Assembly (NCBI GenBank): GCA_038124805.1
Contig: JAYPCR010000001.1
Coordinates: forward strand, 2,122 to 66,121
Length of the DNA: 64,000 bases
Origin: Pelagibacteraceae bacterium
GTDB taxonomy: Bacteria > Pseudomonadota > Alphaproteobacteria > Pelagibacterales > Pelagibacteraceae
Direction of reading: 5' to 3'
Under the pieces are notes generated by a model that was not told the origin of the DNA, ran no database searches, and saw nothing but the letters and a program-made list of their open reading frames with translations. Of the stretch, positions 21,100-32,060 are shown in pieces. A program made the position numbers and the translations under genes. How positions within the stretch are numbered: the first letter of the stretch is position 1; the number at the start of each line of letters is the position of its first letter.

Positions 21100-22386
21100 T
21101 TATAATTTAAATAATTCTTTTCCTTTAACAAACGTATTTGTAACTTTACCTTGCAATTTTTTATCTTCAATAGAAGTATTTTTTGACTTTGATATTAATT
21201 TTTCTTTTTTAACTATCCACGGCTTATTAATATCTACAATGCATAAATCAGCATCTGCACCTATTGAAAGATTACCTTTGTTAATTTTTAAAATCTTAGC
21301 TGGATTTGAAGTTAAAGCTTTAATAATAGTTTCTAATTTTACGGATCCATTGTGATAAAGTTCTAAGCTTAATGATAGTAAAGTTTCAATACCTGAAGCA
21401 CCAGTTGCAGCTTGGGCAAATGTTAATCTTTTTGACTCTTCATCTTCAGGTTTATGATCAGAAACTATAACATCTATAATCTCATCTTTTAAAGCATTAA
21501 CTAATGAAATTCTGTCTTCTTCTCTACGTAGAGGTGGGGATAATTTTAAAAAAGTTCTGAAATCTCCAATATCATTTTCATTTAAAGATAAATTGTTAAC
21601 TGATACACCGCAGGTAAATTTAACTTTTTCTTTACGTTGTTTGATTACTTCTATTGATTTTTCTGACGATATTTGAGAAATGTGATACCTGCATTTAATA
21701 TTTTCTAATAATGTTAAATCTCTTTCTATAATTATTCTTTCAGCAATATCTGGAATACCAGACAAACCTAATTTAGTTGCAATAATTCCAGAATTTATCA
21801 TACCATTTTTTGATAAATCTAAATCTTCAGCATGTTGCATGATTAAGCTACCTAAATCTTTAGCTGAATTCATAATTCTAGACATTAATTGGGTATTTTG
21901 AATTGTTCTAATCCCGTCTGTGAACGCAATAATTCCTTTTTTTTGAAGTAAACCAAACTCTGTCATGTTTGTTCCTTCAATATTTTTGGTCAAAGAAGCG
22001 CATGGAAAAATATTGATCATTGATTTATCTCTTCCTCGTCTTTTTAAAAAATCAACAATTGATACATTGTCAATAATAGGATTTGTATTAGGCATCGTCA
22101 CTACCGAGGTTACACCTCCTGAAAGGGCCGCATTACTGAGTGTTCTAAAATTTTCTTTGTATTCATAACCAGGTTCACCAACAAATACTCTCATATCTAC
22201 AATACCTGGAAAAATATATTTTTCTTTCAAATCAATTGGTTTTTCTCGAGTCGGTAAATTATTAATATTAACTTTCTTTCCAATTGCTTCAATTTTACCT
22301 TCTTCATTAATAATTAAGCCACCAAGCTCATTTATAGAATTATGTGGATCAACTATATTTGCGTTTATAAAATATTGTTTTTTCAT
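21100..22386 (-). CDS. pyrC: Dihydroorotase-like protein (probably inactive PyrC')
   Basis: EPG..YKE, MPNTNP, PPLR, SDHKP, NPAKIL; the HxH metal motif is replaced by DMRVF; adjacent to pyrB. Confidence 0.88.
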   Translation of the reverse strand: MKKQYFINANIVDPHNSINELGGLIINEEGKIEAIGKKVNINNLPTREKPIDLKEKYIFPGIVDMRVFVGEPGYEYKENFRTLSNAALSGGVTSVVTMPNTNPIIDNVSIVDFLKRRGRDKSMINIFPCASLTKNIEGTNMTEFGLLQKKGIIAFTDGIRTIQNTQLMSRIMNSAKDLGSLIMQHAEDLDLSKNGMINSGIIATKLGLSGIPDIAERIIIERDLTLLENIKCRYHISQISSEKSIEVIKQRKEKVKFTCGVSVNNLSLNENDIGDFRTFLKLSPPLRREEDRISLVNALKDEIIDVIVSDHKPEDEESKRLTFAQAATGASGIETLLSLSLELYHNGSVKLETIIKALTSNPAKILKINKGNLSIGADADLCIVDINKPWIVKKEKLISKSKNTSIEDKKLQGKVTNTFVKGKELFKL

Positions 22387-22396
22387 TTATTTATCT

Positions 22397-23338
22397 TTAT
22401 TCACAAAAAATTTTTAAACAAGCCATACGGACAGCTACGCCTAACTCAACTTGTTCTTTAATTACACTTTTATTAATGTCATCAGCTAAGTTTGTATCAA
22501 TTTCAATTCCTCTATTCATAGGTCCAGGATGCATTATTAAAGCATCACTTTTTGCATGATCCAGTTTATCTGGAGTTAAACCATAGTATTCATAATATTC
22601 TCGATTAGATGAAAGGAAAGAGCTAGTCATTCTTTCATTCTGCAATCTTAACATCATTACGATATCACAATCTTTCAAGCCTTTTTTCATGTCTGTAAAA
22701 GTGTTGACACCAAATTTTTCAATGTCTTTTGGCATCAAGTTTGTAGGCGCAATTATATTTACTTCCGCTCCTAACATATTTAGTAAATATATATTTGACC
22801 TAGCAACTCTTGAATGAAGTATGTCTCCACATATAGCTATTTTTAATCCTTCTATCTTTTTTTTTCGATTAATTATTGTTAAAGCATCTAACAAAGCTTG
22901 AGTAGGGTGCTCTCTTCTACCATCACCGGCATTAAGTACAGCACAATTTACTTTTTGAGATAAAAGATTACATGCACCTGAGTCTTGATGTCTTATTACA
23001 ATGATATCAGGATGCATTGCATTTAAAGTCATTGCTGTATCAATTAAAGTTTCACCTTTTTTAATTGCAGAATTATTTATATTCATGGACATTACATCTG
23101 CACCAAGTCTTTTTCCTGCTAATTCAAAAGAGCTTTGGGTCCTAGTAGATGGTTCAAAAAATAAATTAATTTGAGTTTTACCTCTTAAAACATCTAATTT
23201 TTTATTTTTGCTCTGATTAAGTTTTATAAAACTTTGAGACTCATCCAATATAAGATTTACATCATTAATTGATAAATCTTGAATACCTAACAGATGTTTT
23301 TGAGAGATTTTAATAGCTTTATTGGTTTTAGATGCCAT
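22397..23338 (-). CDS. pyrB: Aspartate carbamoyltransferase catalytic subunit (ATG at 23338 preferred over the TTG at 23347)
   Basis: [40 protein letters not shown]. Confidence 0.98.
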   Translation of the reverse strand: MASKTNKAIKISQKHLLGIQDLSINDVNLILDESQSFIKLNQSKNKKLDVLRGKTQINLFFEPSTRTQSSFELAGKRLGADVMSMNINNSAIKKGETLIDTAMTLNAMHPDIIVIRHQDSGACNLLSQKVNCAVLNAGDGRREHPTQALLDALTIINRKKKIEGLKIAICGDILHSRVARSNIYLLNMLGAEVNIIAPTNLMPKDIEKFGVNTFTDMKKGLKDCDIVMMLRLQNERMTSSFLSSNREYYEYYGLTPDKLDHAKSDALIMHPGPMNRGIEIDTNLADDINKSVIKEQVELGVAVRMACLKIFCE

Positions 23339-23348
23339 TAAAACCAAC

Positions 23349-23377
23349 TCTATAACTATATTATGTTAAGATGGCAA
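23349..23377 (-). promoter_or_regulatory. Putative sigma70 promoter of pyrB
   Basis: Minus strand TTGCCA, 17 nt, TATAGA, 10 nt before ATG. Confidence 0.5.
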
Positions 23378-23380
23378 GCT

Positions 23381-23836
23381 TTAATTATTTAAAAAATCTA
23401 GAGCACCTTGAAGTATAAATGCAGCTGCATTTTGATCTATATTTTTTTCTCTCTTACTTACATTAACATCAAGTTGACTAGATAAATTAAATGCTCCGAC
23501 AGTTGAAAGTCTTTCATCCCACAAACATACAGGTATATCTATTTTATTACTAATATTTGTACTAACATCGTTAACAGATTGAGCAGATCTCCCTAGCGAA
23601 CCATCCATATTAATGGGATTTCCAATAATAATACCTTTAATGTCATATTCATTAATTATCGCTTGAAGCTTATCGATCAATTCATTGGTATTAGTTTTTA
23701 ATATTGTTTTAAATGGTGTCGCAATCAATTGTTTTTCATCCGATATTGACACTCCGATTCTTTTAGAGCCAAGATCTAGACCAACTAATCTACATTTTTT
23801 AGTCTGTTTTTTTTTAAATTCTTCTAATGTCATCAT
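23381..23836 (-). CDS. yqgF: YqgF/RuvX pre-16S rRNA nuclease
   Basis: GLDLGSKRIGVSISD, GNPINMDG, WDERLST, AAAFILQ. Confidence 0.95.
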   Translation of the reverse strand: MMTLEEFKKKQTKKCRLVGLDLGSKRIGVSISDEKQLIATPFKTILKTNTNELIDKLQAIINEYDIKGIIIGNPINMDGSLGRSAQSVNDVSTNISNKIDIPVCLWDERLSTVGAFNLSSQLDVNVSKREKNIDQNAAAFILQGALDFLNN

Positions 23837-23886
23837 ATTGTATATTTTAAACTTAAGTGATAGTTTGCGACATATTTAATTACCAT

Positions 23887-24174
23887 ATGAGCATAGATCT
23901 TAAAACAATAAAGCATATTTCAAAGTTATCAAGAATATCAGTAGACGATAAAAAGGCTGAAAAATTAGCAGGTGATTTAAATTCAATATTTGATTTTATC
24001 GAAAAACTAAGTGAACTTAAAACTGATAGTGTTGAACCTTTGACATCAGTAGCAGAAACAACTCTAAAATTAAGACATGATGAAATTAAAAGTAAAAATA
24101 TAAGAGAACAAATTTTAAAGAATTCTCCTGCTGATAATGAAGATTTTTTTGTGGTGCCTAAGGTAGTAGAATAA
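23887..24174 (+). CDS. gatC: Glu-tRNA(Gln) amidotransferase subunit C (start taken at ATG 23887)
   Basis: HISKLSRI, VEPL, FFVVPKVVE; precedes gatA. Confidence 0.95.
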   Translation: MSIDLKTIKHISKLSRISVDDKKAEKLAGDLNSIFDFIEKLSELKTDSVEPLTSVAETTLKLRHDEIKSKNIREQILKNSPADNEDFFVVPKVVE

Positions 24175-25631
24175 TGTCAGATATCACAAAACAAACTCTA
24201 AATTCATTAATTAAGAATATAAAAGAAAAAAAACTTTCTTCATATGAAGTTACCAAATCTTTTGTTGAAAGATCAGAAAAATCAAAAAAACTTAATGCAT
24301 ATATTACTGAAGATTTTTCAAATGCTTTAATTAAAGCTAAAAAGTTTGATGAAAAGCCAAATTTTGATTTAAAGCTACCTGGTATACCAATAGCTGTAAA
24401 AGATTTATTTTGTACTAATGGTATTAAAACTACTGCAGCAAGCAAAATTTTGAATAATTTTATTCCAACTTATGAGTCCACCGTCACACAAAATATTTGG
24501 GATGAAGGTGGAATTTTATTAGGAAAGTTAAATTGTGATGAATTTGCAATGGGTTCTTCAAATGAAACTAGTTATTTTGGCAATGTTCAAAACCCTATTG
24601 ATGAAAATTTAGTACCTGGTGGATCCTCAGGGGGGTCTGCTGCTGCTGTTTCAGGACAATTAACACCAATTACAATTGGAACTGATACTGGCGGCTCTAT
24701 TAGACAACCAGCCTCTTTTACAGGTACGGTAGGATTGAAACCTACTTATGGTAGTTGCTCAAGATATGGGATAGTTGCTTTTGCATCTTCTTTAGATCAA
24801 GCAGGACCAATGGCGCAAAATGTTGAAGACTGTGCTTTATTGCAAGAAGTAATTAGCACTTATGATTCTAAAGACTCTACTTCAATAGACTTTAAAAGAA
24901 ATCAATACAGAAAAGAATTGTCAAAAAATATTAAAGGAAAAAAAATAGGTATTCCAAAAGAATACCGAGTAGACGGTATGCCTAAAGAAATCGAAGATTT
25001 ATGGCAAAAAGGAATTCAACATATTAAAAATTGTGGAGCTGAAATTGTTGATATTTCACTTCCTCACACTTCATATGCTCTACCAACATATTATATTGTA
25101 GCACCGGCTGAAGCATCTTCTAATTTAGCTAGATACGATGGTGTTAAATATGGTTTTAGATCTCAAGGTCAAAATTTAATTGATATGTATGAAAAAACTA
25201 GATCAGAAGGATTTGGTTCAGAAGTTCAAAGAAGAATAATGATAGGCACTTATGTTTTGTCATCAGGTTATTATGATGCTTATTATTTAAAAGCTCAAAA
25301 AGTTAGAAGATTAATAAAAAGTGACTTTGATGAAGCATATAAAGTTGTAGATGCTATTTTAACTCCATCTACACCTAGCTCAGCTTTCAAAATTGGTGAA
25401 AAAAAAGATGATCCAATATCAATGTATCTAAATGATATTTTTACCGTCCCAGTCAATTTAGCAGGCCTTCCTGCTATATCAATACCAGCTGGACATGATG
25501 CAAAAGGCTATCCTCTAGGATTGCAAATAATTGGTAAAGCATTTGCTGAACAAGAAATTTTAAATATTGCATATGCTATGGAAGAAAAGATCGAATTTAA
25601 AAATAAAATTAATGATTGGTGGATTGAGTGA
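24174..25631 (+). CDS. gatA: Glu-tRNA(Gln) amidotransferase subunit A
   Basis: Amidase signature [32 protein letters not shown]. Confidence 0.99.
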   Translation: MSDITKQTLNSLIKNIKEKKLSSYEVTKSFVERSEKSKKLNAYITEDFSNALIKAKKFDEKPNFDLKLPGIPIAVKDLFCTNGIKTTAASKILNNFIPTYESTVTQNIWDEGGILLGKLNCDEFAMGSSNETSYFGNVQNPIDENLVPGGSSGGSAAAVSGQLTPITIGTDTGGSIRQPASFTGTVGLKPTYGSCSRYGIVAFASSLDQAGPMAQNVEDCALLQEVISTYDSKDSTSIDFKRNQYRKELSKNIKGKKIGIPKEYRVDGMPKEIEDLWQKGIQHIKNCGAEIVDISLPHTSYALPTYYIVAPAEASSNLARYDGVKYGFRSQGQNLIDMYEKTRSEGFGSEVQRRIMIGTYVLSSGYYDAYYLKAQKVRRLIKSDFDEAYKVVDAILTPSTPSSAFKIGEKKDDPISMYLNDIFTVPVNLAGLPAISIPAGHDAKGYPLGLQIIGKAFAEQEILNIAYAMEEKIEFKNKINDWWIE

Positions 25632-27109
25632 GCAAAGATCAACAAGAATATTTAATTATAAGAGGTGATAAAGAATATGAGGTCGTTATAGGACTAGAAG
25701 TTCATGCACAAGTTACCTCAAATTCAAAACTTTTTTCCACATCTGCCACAAAATTTGGCGCTGAGCCTAATACCCAAGTGAGTTTAGTAGATGCAGCCTT
25801 TCCAGGAATGCTACCAGTTATAAATGAATTTTGTGTTAAACAAGCAATTAAAACTGGTATTGGTCTTAAGGCTCAGATCAATAAAAGATCTATTTTTGAT
25901 AGAAAGAATTATTTTTATGCTGATTTACCTCAAGGATACCAAATTTCTCAATTTAAAGATCCAATTGTAGGTGAGGGTAAAGTAATACTTGATTTACCTA
26001 ATGGTCATAAAGAAGTAGGAATTGAAAGATTACATTTAGAACAAGATGCAGGTAAAAGTATCCATGATATGGATCCACAAAATACTTTTGTGGATTTAAA
26101 TAGATCTGGAGTAGCCTTAATGGAGATTGTTAGTAAACCAGATTTAAGATCTCCTGATGAGGTGAATGCTTATATTAAAAAATTAAGATCAATTATGAGA
26201 TATTTAGGAACTTGCGATGGTAACATGCAAGAAGGATCATTAAGAGCTGATGTTAATGTTTCTGTAAGACAAAAGGGTACAAAAGAATTTGGAACAAGAT
26301 GTGAGATTAAAAACGTTAATTCTATTAAATTTATGCAAATGGCAATCAATTATGAAGCAAATAGACAAGTTGATTTAATTGAAGAAGGAAAAATAATTGA
26401 TCAAGAAACAAGATTATTTGATACTAAAAAAAATGAAACAAGATCTATGAGATCTAAAGAAGATGCTCATGATTATCGATATTTTCCTGATCCAGATTTA
26501 TTGCCTTTAGAGGTCTCAGATGAATTTATCGAAAAACTTAAATCTGAAATTCCTGAATTACCTGATGATAAGAAAAAAAGATTTATAGATGAGTTTAAAA
26601 TTTCAGATTATGAAGCAACAATTTTAGTTTCTGATATTGAGATCGCAAAATATTTTGAAGAAGTGGTTGCCAATATTGGTGATAATAGTGATATTAAATT
26701 GGCAGTTAATTGGATTACTGGAGAATTGTTTGCATTGTTAAATGACAAGGGTTTAGAAATTTCACAAAGTCCTATCAGTGCTAAAAATTTAGCAAAATTA
26801 ATTAATTTAATAAAAGATGGAACTATATCTGGAAAAATAGCCAAATCTATCTTTGAAGATATGGTTAATGGTGATTTAGACCCACAAAAAATTGTGGAAG
26901 AAAAAGGATTAAAACAAGAAAGTGATCCAAAAGCGCTAGAAGTATTAATTGAAAAAATAATTAACGAAAATAGAGAAAAAGCTATTGAATATAAACAAGG
27001 TAAAGAAAAATTATTTGGTTTTTTTGTTGGTCAGGTGATGAAAAACTCTGGTGGTAAAGCAAATCCTCAAATAGTTAATGAGATACTCAAGAAAAAACTT
27101 CAAGAATAA
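25628..27109 (+). CDS. gatB: Asp/Glu-tRNA amidotransferase subunit B (GTG start)
   Basis: [37 protein letters not shown]. Confidence 0.99.
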   Translation: MSKDQQEYLIIRGDKEYEVVIGLEVHAQVTSNSKLFSTSATKFGAEPNTQVSLVDAAFPGMLPVINEFCVKQAIKTGIGLKAQINKRSIFDRKNYFYADLPQGYQISQFKDPIVGEGKVILDLPNGHKEVGIERLHLEQDAGKSIHDMDPQNTFVDLNRSGVALMEIVSKPDLRSPDEVNAYIKKLRSIMRYLGTCDGNMQEGSLRADVNVSVRQKGTKEFGTRCEIKNVNSIKFMQMAINYEANRQVDLIEEGKIIDQETRLFDTKKNETRSMRSKEDAHDYRYFPDPDLLPLEVSDEFIEKLKSEIPELPDDKKKRFIDEFKISDYEATILVSDIEIAKYFEEVVANIGDNSDIKLAVNWITGELFALLNDKGLEISQSPISAKNLAKLINLIKDGTISGKIAKSIFEDMVNGDLDPQKIVEEKGLKQESDPKALEVLIEKIINENREKAIEYKQGKEKLFGFFVGQVMKNSGGKANPQIVNEILKKKLQE

Positions 27110-27760
27110 ATGGGCTCAGACCTTACTATTTCAGATAAGATTCAAGAATATATATTAAATCATGGATTAAATTTACATCCAGTTCAAAAAGAAATTATTG
27201 AATACAATAAATCTTTAGGAGACATCAAAAGAATGCAGATAGCGATTTCTCAAAGTCAATTTCTACATTTAATAGTTAAAACTTCAAAAATAAAAAAAAT
27301 TTTAGAAATAGGAACTTTTACAGGATTAAGCACTCTTTCAATGGCATTAGCATTACCGGAAGATGGTAAAATTATAGCTTTAGATAAAAATGAAGAAACT
27401 ACAAAAAAAGCAATTAATTTTTTTAAAAAGGCCGAACAAGATCATAAAATAGTTACCATGATCAATTCAGCTTTAGATAGTTTAAAAACATTAACCGAAC
27501 AAAAATTTGATCTAATATTTATTGATGCAGACAAAATGAATTATAAAAATTACTATGAAGAATCAATTAATCTTATAGGTAGAGATGGTTTAATTATTAT
27601 TGATAACGTGTTGTGGTACGGTGAGGTTATAGACAATAATAGTAACGATAAATTTACTTTAAGTATTAGAGAATTTAATGATTATGTTGCTAACGATAAA
27701 CGGGTAGAAAAAATTATTATTCCATTAGGTGATGGTATGACAGTTTGTAGGAAGTTGTAA
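27110..27760 (+). CDS. Cation-dependent class I O-methyltransferase (CCoAOMT/TrmR family)
   Basis: ILEIGTFTGLS, FDLIFIDADK, IIIDNVLWYG, PLGDG. Confidence 0.9.
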   Translation: MGSDLTISDKIQEYILNHGLNLHPVQKEIIEYNKSLGDIKRMQIAISQSQFLHLIVKTSKIKKILEIGTFTGLSTLSMALALPEDGKIIALDKNEETTKKAINFFKKAEQDHKIVTMINSALDSLKTLTEQKFDLIFIDADKMNYKNYYEESINLIGRDGLIIIDNVLWYGEVIDNNSNDKFTLSIREFNDYVANDKRVEKIIIPLGDGMTVCRKL

Positions 27761-28668
27761 TGTTTGAAGTTTTTGGTTTTTATAAATTTATTAAATTAAC
27801 CTCTCTTAAAAAAAACAAAAAAATTTTACAAAAAATTTTAAAAGATAACAATATTAGAGGAACGATCATTATTTCAAAAGAAGGTCTAAATGGAACTATA
27901 TCTGGTAAACTAATTGATATTAAATTTATAACTAAAAAAATTGCTCAAATTTTTAAATTTACAAAATTTGATAGTACAAATAATTCAAAAAGCATATTCC
28001 AACCTTTTCATAGGCCTAAAGTAAAAATAAAAGAAGAGGTTGTGCCGATGAACCTCCATTTAACAAAAAAAATACAAAAAAAAGATAGTCATGTAGAGCC
28101 CAAAAAATGGAATAAATTAATAAAGGATAAAAATACTTTTGTCTTAGACTCTAGAAAACCATTTGAATATAAAGTTGGAACCTTTAAAAGATCAGTTAAT
28201 CCAAATGTTAAAAATTTTAGAGATTTTCCCAAATTTTTAAATAAATTAGATAAAACTAAACCAATTGCTATGTTTTGTACTGGTGGTATCAGATGCGAAA
28301 AAGCTTCTGTTTATTTAGAAAAAAATGGTTTTAAAAATGTATATCAACTTAAAGGTGGAATTTTAAATTATCTAAAAAAAGTAGATGAAAAAGATAGCCT
28401 TTGGAAAGGTGAATGTTTTGTTTTTGATAATCGCATAAGCTTGAAACATGGCTTAAAGATAGGTACATATTCCATGTGTAGTGGCTGTCGTAGCCCTATA
28501 TCTATTAAAGATAGAAAATCAAAAAAATTTGAAGAGGGTGTATCATGCCCTAATTGTTTTGATAAGTTATCAGAAACTCAAAAGAGTCGTTTTAGAATGA
28601 GGCAAAGTCAGATAAATCGTGCTAAAGAGTTAGGCAAAGAACATATCTTTAAAAAAGAATTTAGCTAA
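27760..28668 (+). CDS. trhO: Rhodanese-domain tRNA U34 hydroxylase (TrhO/YceA, UPF0176)
   Basis: RGTIIISKEGLNGT, KVKIKEEVV, MFCTGGIRCEKAS, QLKGGILNY, GECFVFDNR. Confidence 0.92.
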   Translation: MFEVFGFYKFIKLTSLKKNKKILQKILKDNNIRGTIIISKEGLNGTISGKLIDIKFITKKIAQIFKFTKFDSTNNSKSIFQPFHRPKVKIKEEVVPMNLHLTKKIQKKDSHVEPKKWNKLIKDKNTFVLDSRKPFEYKVGTFKRSVNPNVKNFRDFPKFLNKLDKTKPIAMFCTGGIRCEKASVYLEKNGFKNVYQLKGGILNYLKKVDEKDSLWKGECFVFDNRISLKHGLKIGTYSMCSGCRSPISIKDRKSKKFEEGVSCPNCFDKLSETQKSRFRMRQSQINRAKELGKEHIFKKEFS

Positions 28669-28678
28669 AGGTTTAATT

Positions 28679-30049
28679 TTGTCAAAAAATATTCAATTAA
28701 CAAAAGATCCAATTTGGACGCTACTAAGAAAAGTTACTATTCCAGCAAGTACTGGTTCTTTATTTCAGACGTTCTATAATTTAGTCGACACATGGTTTGC
28801 TGGTAAAATTTCAGCTGATGCTATTGCAGCTATAGCTAAATCTTTTCCTATTTATTTTGTAATCATTGCTGTGGGAGTTGGGATAGGGGCTGCAACAAAT
28901 TCAACTATAGGAAATTTAATTGGTGAAAAAAATATAAAGAAAGCTTCATTATTTGTTGCTCAGTCAGTTTTATTTGCATTGATTGTTTCAATCATTGTAA
29001 CTTTATTTGGATTAAACCTATCTAATTATCTTTTAAGTGTTATGGGCTCAGATATGGAAAGTATTCTTTTAACAAGAGAATATTTAGATATTATTTTTTA
29101 TGGAACTTTTATTGTAATGATACAAATTTCATTAAATGGAACTTTAAATGCACAAGGAGATACTAAAAGTTATAGAAATGTATTAATATTTAGTTTCTTC
29201 CTAAACATTTTTTTAAATCCATTATTTATTTGGGGTTATGGTGTCATACCAGGATTTGGTATTGCAGGACTAGCTATAGCTACAGTAATTGCTCAATCAA
29301 TCGGAACTCTTTATTTAATCTATAAAGTTAATTCATGCAGACTTAAAAAATATATTTATCTAACCTGCTTTATTCCAAAATTTAATTTTTTGAAAGAGTT
29401 GCTTAATCAATCCATACCAATAATTTTTAGTATGTTATTTATAGGGGTTGGAATTTTTAATATTTTATATTTTATTGGTAAGTTTGGGGATTTAGCTACT
29501 GCCGGATATGGAGCAGCACTAAGAATTGAACAAGTTTTTTTACTTCCAGTAATAGGATTGAATACTGCTGTTTTATCAATTGGAGGTCAAAATTTTGGAG
29601 CTAAAAATTATAATCGTATAAGAGAACTCTACACTAAAGCTCTAATTTTTGGTTCATCATTCATGTCAATTGCTGGTTTAATTATGTTTTTATTTGCAAA
29701 ATCTTTTGTATCTTTATTTACAGAAAATCCTATTGCTATAGAACATGGCACAATTTATTTGAAAATTGCAGCTTTGATTGGACCTATTTATCCAGTTTTT
29801 TTTATTACGACTGCTGTTTTTCAAGCAGTTAAAAAACCTATTTATAGTTTATACTTAAGTATATTGCGACTTACAGCATTACCATTTTTAAGTTTATGGT
29901 ATGTAATCAATATAAGAGGTGGATCTTATAATGATATTTTTTATACAATTATGGCAACTAATTGGTTAATAGCAATTGTAGTTATAATTTTTATTGGGTA
30001 TTTCTTAAATAATGTTTTTAAACAAAAAAAATCTTTATTTAGTTATTAA
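28679..30049 (+). CDS. MATE family efflux transporter (TTG start)
   Basis: YNLVDTWFAG, GDTK, LNIFLNPLFI, GQNFGAK; about 12 TM segments. Confidence 0.92.
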   Translation: MSKNIQLTKDPIWTLLRKVTIPASTGSLFQTFYNLVDTWFAGKISADAIAAIAKSFPIYFVIIAVGVGIGAATNSTIGNLIGEKNIKKASLFVAQSVLFALIVSIIVTLFGLNLSNYLLSVMGSDMESILLTREYLDIIFYGTFIVMIQISLNGTLNAQGDTKSYRNVLIFSFFLNIFLNPLFIWGYGVIPGFGIAGLAIATVIAQSIGTLYLIYKVNSCRLKKYIYLTCFIPKFNFLKELLNQSIPIIFSMLFIGVGIFNILYFIGKFGDLATAGYGAALRIEQVFLLPVIGLNTAVLSIGGQNFGAKNYNRIRELYTKALIFGSSFMSIAGLIMFLFAKSFVSLFTENPIAIEHGTIYLKIAALIGPIYPVFFITTAVFQAVKKPIYSLYLSILRLTALPFLSLWYVINIRGGSYNDIFYTIMATNWLIAIVVIIFIGYFLNNVFKQKKSLFSY

Positions 30050-30485
30050 GATTATATTTATTTCATTTTTAATATTTTTTCCAATAAGAGCCTCTGAAGT
30101 AAGAATTATTGATGGTGATACTATACATATAAATAAAGATAAAATTAGATTTTCAGGTATAGACGCTCCCGAATTAAATCAAACTTGTATATCGAATAAT
30201 CAAGAAATTAAGTGTGGTATTATTTCAAAAGATCTCTTAACAAAAAAGATAGCTAATAAAAAACCTTTTTGCATTAGAGAAGGTGTTGATCAATATAGAA
30301 GAATATTAGCTGAGTGTTTTATTGACAATGAAAGTTTATCAAGTTTTTTAGTTAGAAATGGATATGCTTTTGCCTACCGAAGATATTCAGAAAAATATAT
30401 AAAAGATGAAGACTATGCGAAAGAAAATCTAAATGGGATGTGGTCGATGATTTTTGAATTTCCTTGGGATTACAGAAGAAAATAA
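30012..30485 (+). CDS. Staphylococcal nuclease-like (thermonuclease) protein with signal/anchor
   Basis: IIDGDTI, IRFSGIDAPE, DQYRRILA, LVRNGYA; hydrophobic N-terminus. Confidence 0.9.
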   Translation: MFLNKKNLYLVIKIIFISFLIFFPIRASEVRIIDGDTIHINKDKIRFSGIDAPELNQTCISNNQEIKCGIISKDLLTKKIANKKPFCIREGVDQYRRILAECFIDNESLSSFLVRNGYAFAYRRYSEKYIKDEDYAKENLNGMWSMIFEFPWDYRRK

Positions 30486-30489
30486 TTTT

Positions 30490-31218
30490 TTAGTTTTTTA
30501 ATTTTTTTTCTAATTTTCTAACAAAGTAAGAAACAATCAAAATTAAAATTAGATATTCAAAAATTAAAAAAGTATATATTTCTAGAGGTCTATAAGTAGT
30601 AACTACAAGCTCATTAGCTTTTCTAGTTAAATCTCCAATTCCTATAATTGAAACTAATGAGGACATTTTTAAAACATACACAAACTGATTACCAATAGCT
30701 GGTAAAATATTTTTAATTGCTTGGGGCATAATTACAAATCTTAGTTTATTTAAAAAACTTAATCCTAATGAACTGCCTGCTTCCCATTGCGCTTTTTTGA
30801 TTGAATTAATTCCAGCTCTAAATATTTCAGCTTGAAATGCACTTTCACTAATTGATAAAGCAATTATTCCAGAAACGAATGGACTAAAACTTATACCAGT
30901 CATAATTGGAAGACCGTAGTAAACCCATAAAATAAGGACTAATAATGGGATTGCTCTTACAATTTCTACATAAGTTATATTAAGATAAGACAGAAATTTA
31001 TTTTTAGATAAAGAAGGTAAAGCAACTAACATGCCTAAAATCATTGAAATAATTATAGAAACTACAGAAATATAAATTGTAGTAGTTAAACCACTTAATA
31101 AAAATTTTAAATTTGTTAATCCATTTACGTTATTAGGAGATAGTATAAACCAGCCAAGTTCTTGACTGCCACAACCAGTAACTAATATAAAAAGAAGTAA
31201 AGAAAATAAATTTTTCAC
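30490..31218 (-). CDS. Polar amino acid ABC transporter permease (GTG start)
   Basis: EIVRAIPLLV, AEIFRAGI, EAA-loop QWEAGSSLGLS, PQA. Confidence 0.93.
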   Translation of the reverse strand: MKNLFSLLLFILVTGCGSQELGWFILSPNNVNGLTNLKFLLSGLTTTIYISVVSIIISMILGMLVALPSLSKNKFLSYLNITYVEIVRAIPLLVLILWVYYGLPIMTGISFSPFVSGIIALSISESAFQAEIFRAGINSIKKAQWEAGSSLGLSFLNKLRFVIMPQAIKNILPAIGNQFVYVLKMSSLVSIIGIGDLTRKANELVVTTYRPLEIYTFLIFEYLILILIVSYFVRKLEKKLKN

Positions 31219-31258
31219 TTCTAAATTTATAAAGAATTAAAAAAAAATATCTAACTGA

Positions 31259-32026
31259 TTATAAGCTTTTAAGATTATATTTAGCCATTAGATCATCAAA
31301 AAAACCTGAAGCTTTTTTAATTTCAATCCATTGATTAACATAATTCATCCAGACCTGATCATTTTGATCTACCATCATAGCAAGTACAGCTGGATTTTTT
31401 CCACCATCTGGAACTATGGCTAATTGTGGATACGTAATAATTAATTTATTTGCTTCAGTTGAGCTTGTAATATGACCATCAGCTCTTCCAGCTAAAACTT
31501 CTTGAAAATCTCTTGCAGGTGCTTCTACCGATTTTAGTTTAGATTTTGGAAAAAATTCTTTTGCTTTAGCTTCTTGTGAAGTTCCTAGTGTTGTAGCGAT
31601 CGTAACTTTTTCACTGTTTAGTGAGTCCCATGTAGGAAATTTATTTAAATTTTTTTTAAGTACTAAAGGAACAGTTCCATATTTATAATATGAATTTGTG
31701 AAACCTGCTACTAGAGCTCTTTTAGCTGTTTTAGTAACACTGGTTGAAATATCATATCTTCCAGAAGTAATTCCTGAAACAATTGTTTTCCATTCTGTTG
31801 GCACAAATGTAATTTTCACACCCATATCATTTGCAAGTTCATTCATTACATCAATATCAAATCCTTTATATTCGTTTGTGGCAGGATCTTTCATAGTCAT
31901 TGGATCCCAATCGCCAGTTGTTCCAACTTTTAATTCACCCGATGATAATATTTGGTTTAATTTTGACTCTGCGTTTAACGAAAATGGTAAAAGTGCAAAT
32001 AGCACCACTAAGATTAATTTTTTCAT
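31259..32026 (-). CDS. Family 3 solute-binding protein, cyclohexadienyl dehydratase-related
   Basis: Signal peptide, [34 protein letters not shown]. Confidence 0.85.
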   Translation of the reverse strand: MKKLILVVLFALLPFSLNAESKLNQILSSGELKVGTTGDWDPMTMKDPATNEYKGFDIDVMNELANDMGVKITFVPTEWKTIVSGITSGRYDISTSVTKTAKRALVAGFTNSYYKYGTVPLVLKKNLNKFPTWDSLNSEKVTIATTLGTSQEAKAKEFFPKSKLKSVEAPARDFQEVLAGRADGHITSSTEANKLIITYPQLAIVPDGGKNPAVLAMMVDQNDQVWMNYVNQWIEIKKASGFFDDLMAKYNLKSL

Positions 32027-32060
32027 AATAAAATTTAACTGATTTGAATATTAATTATGA

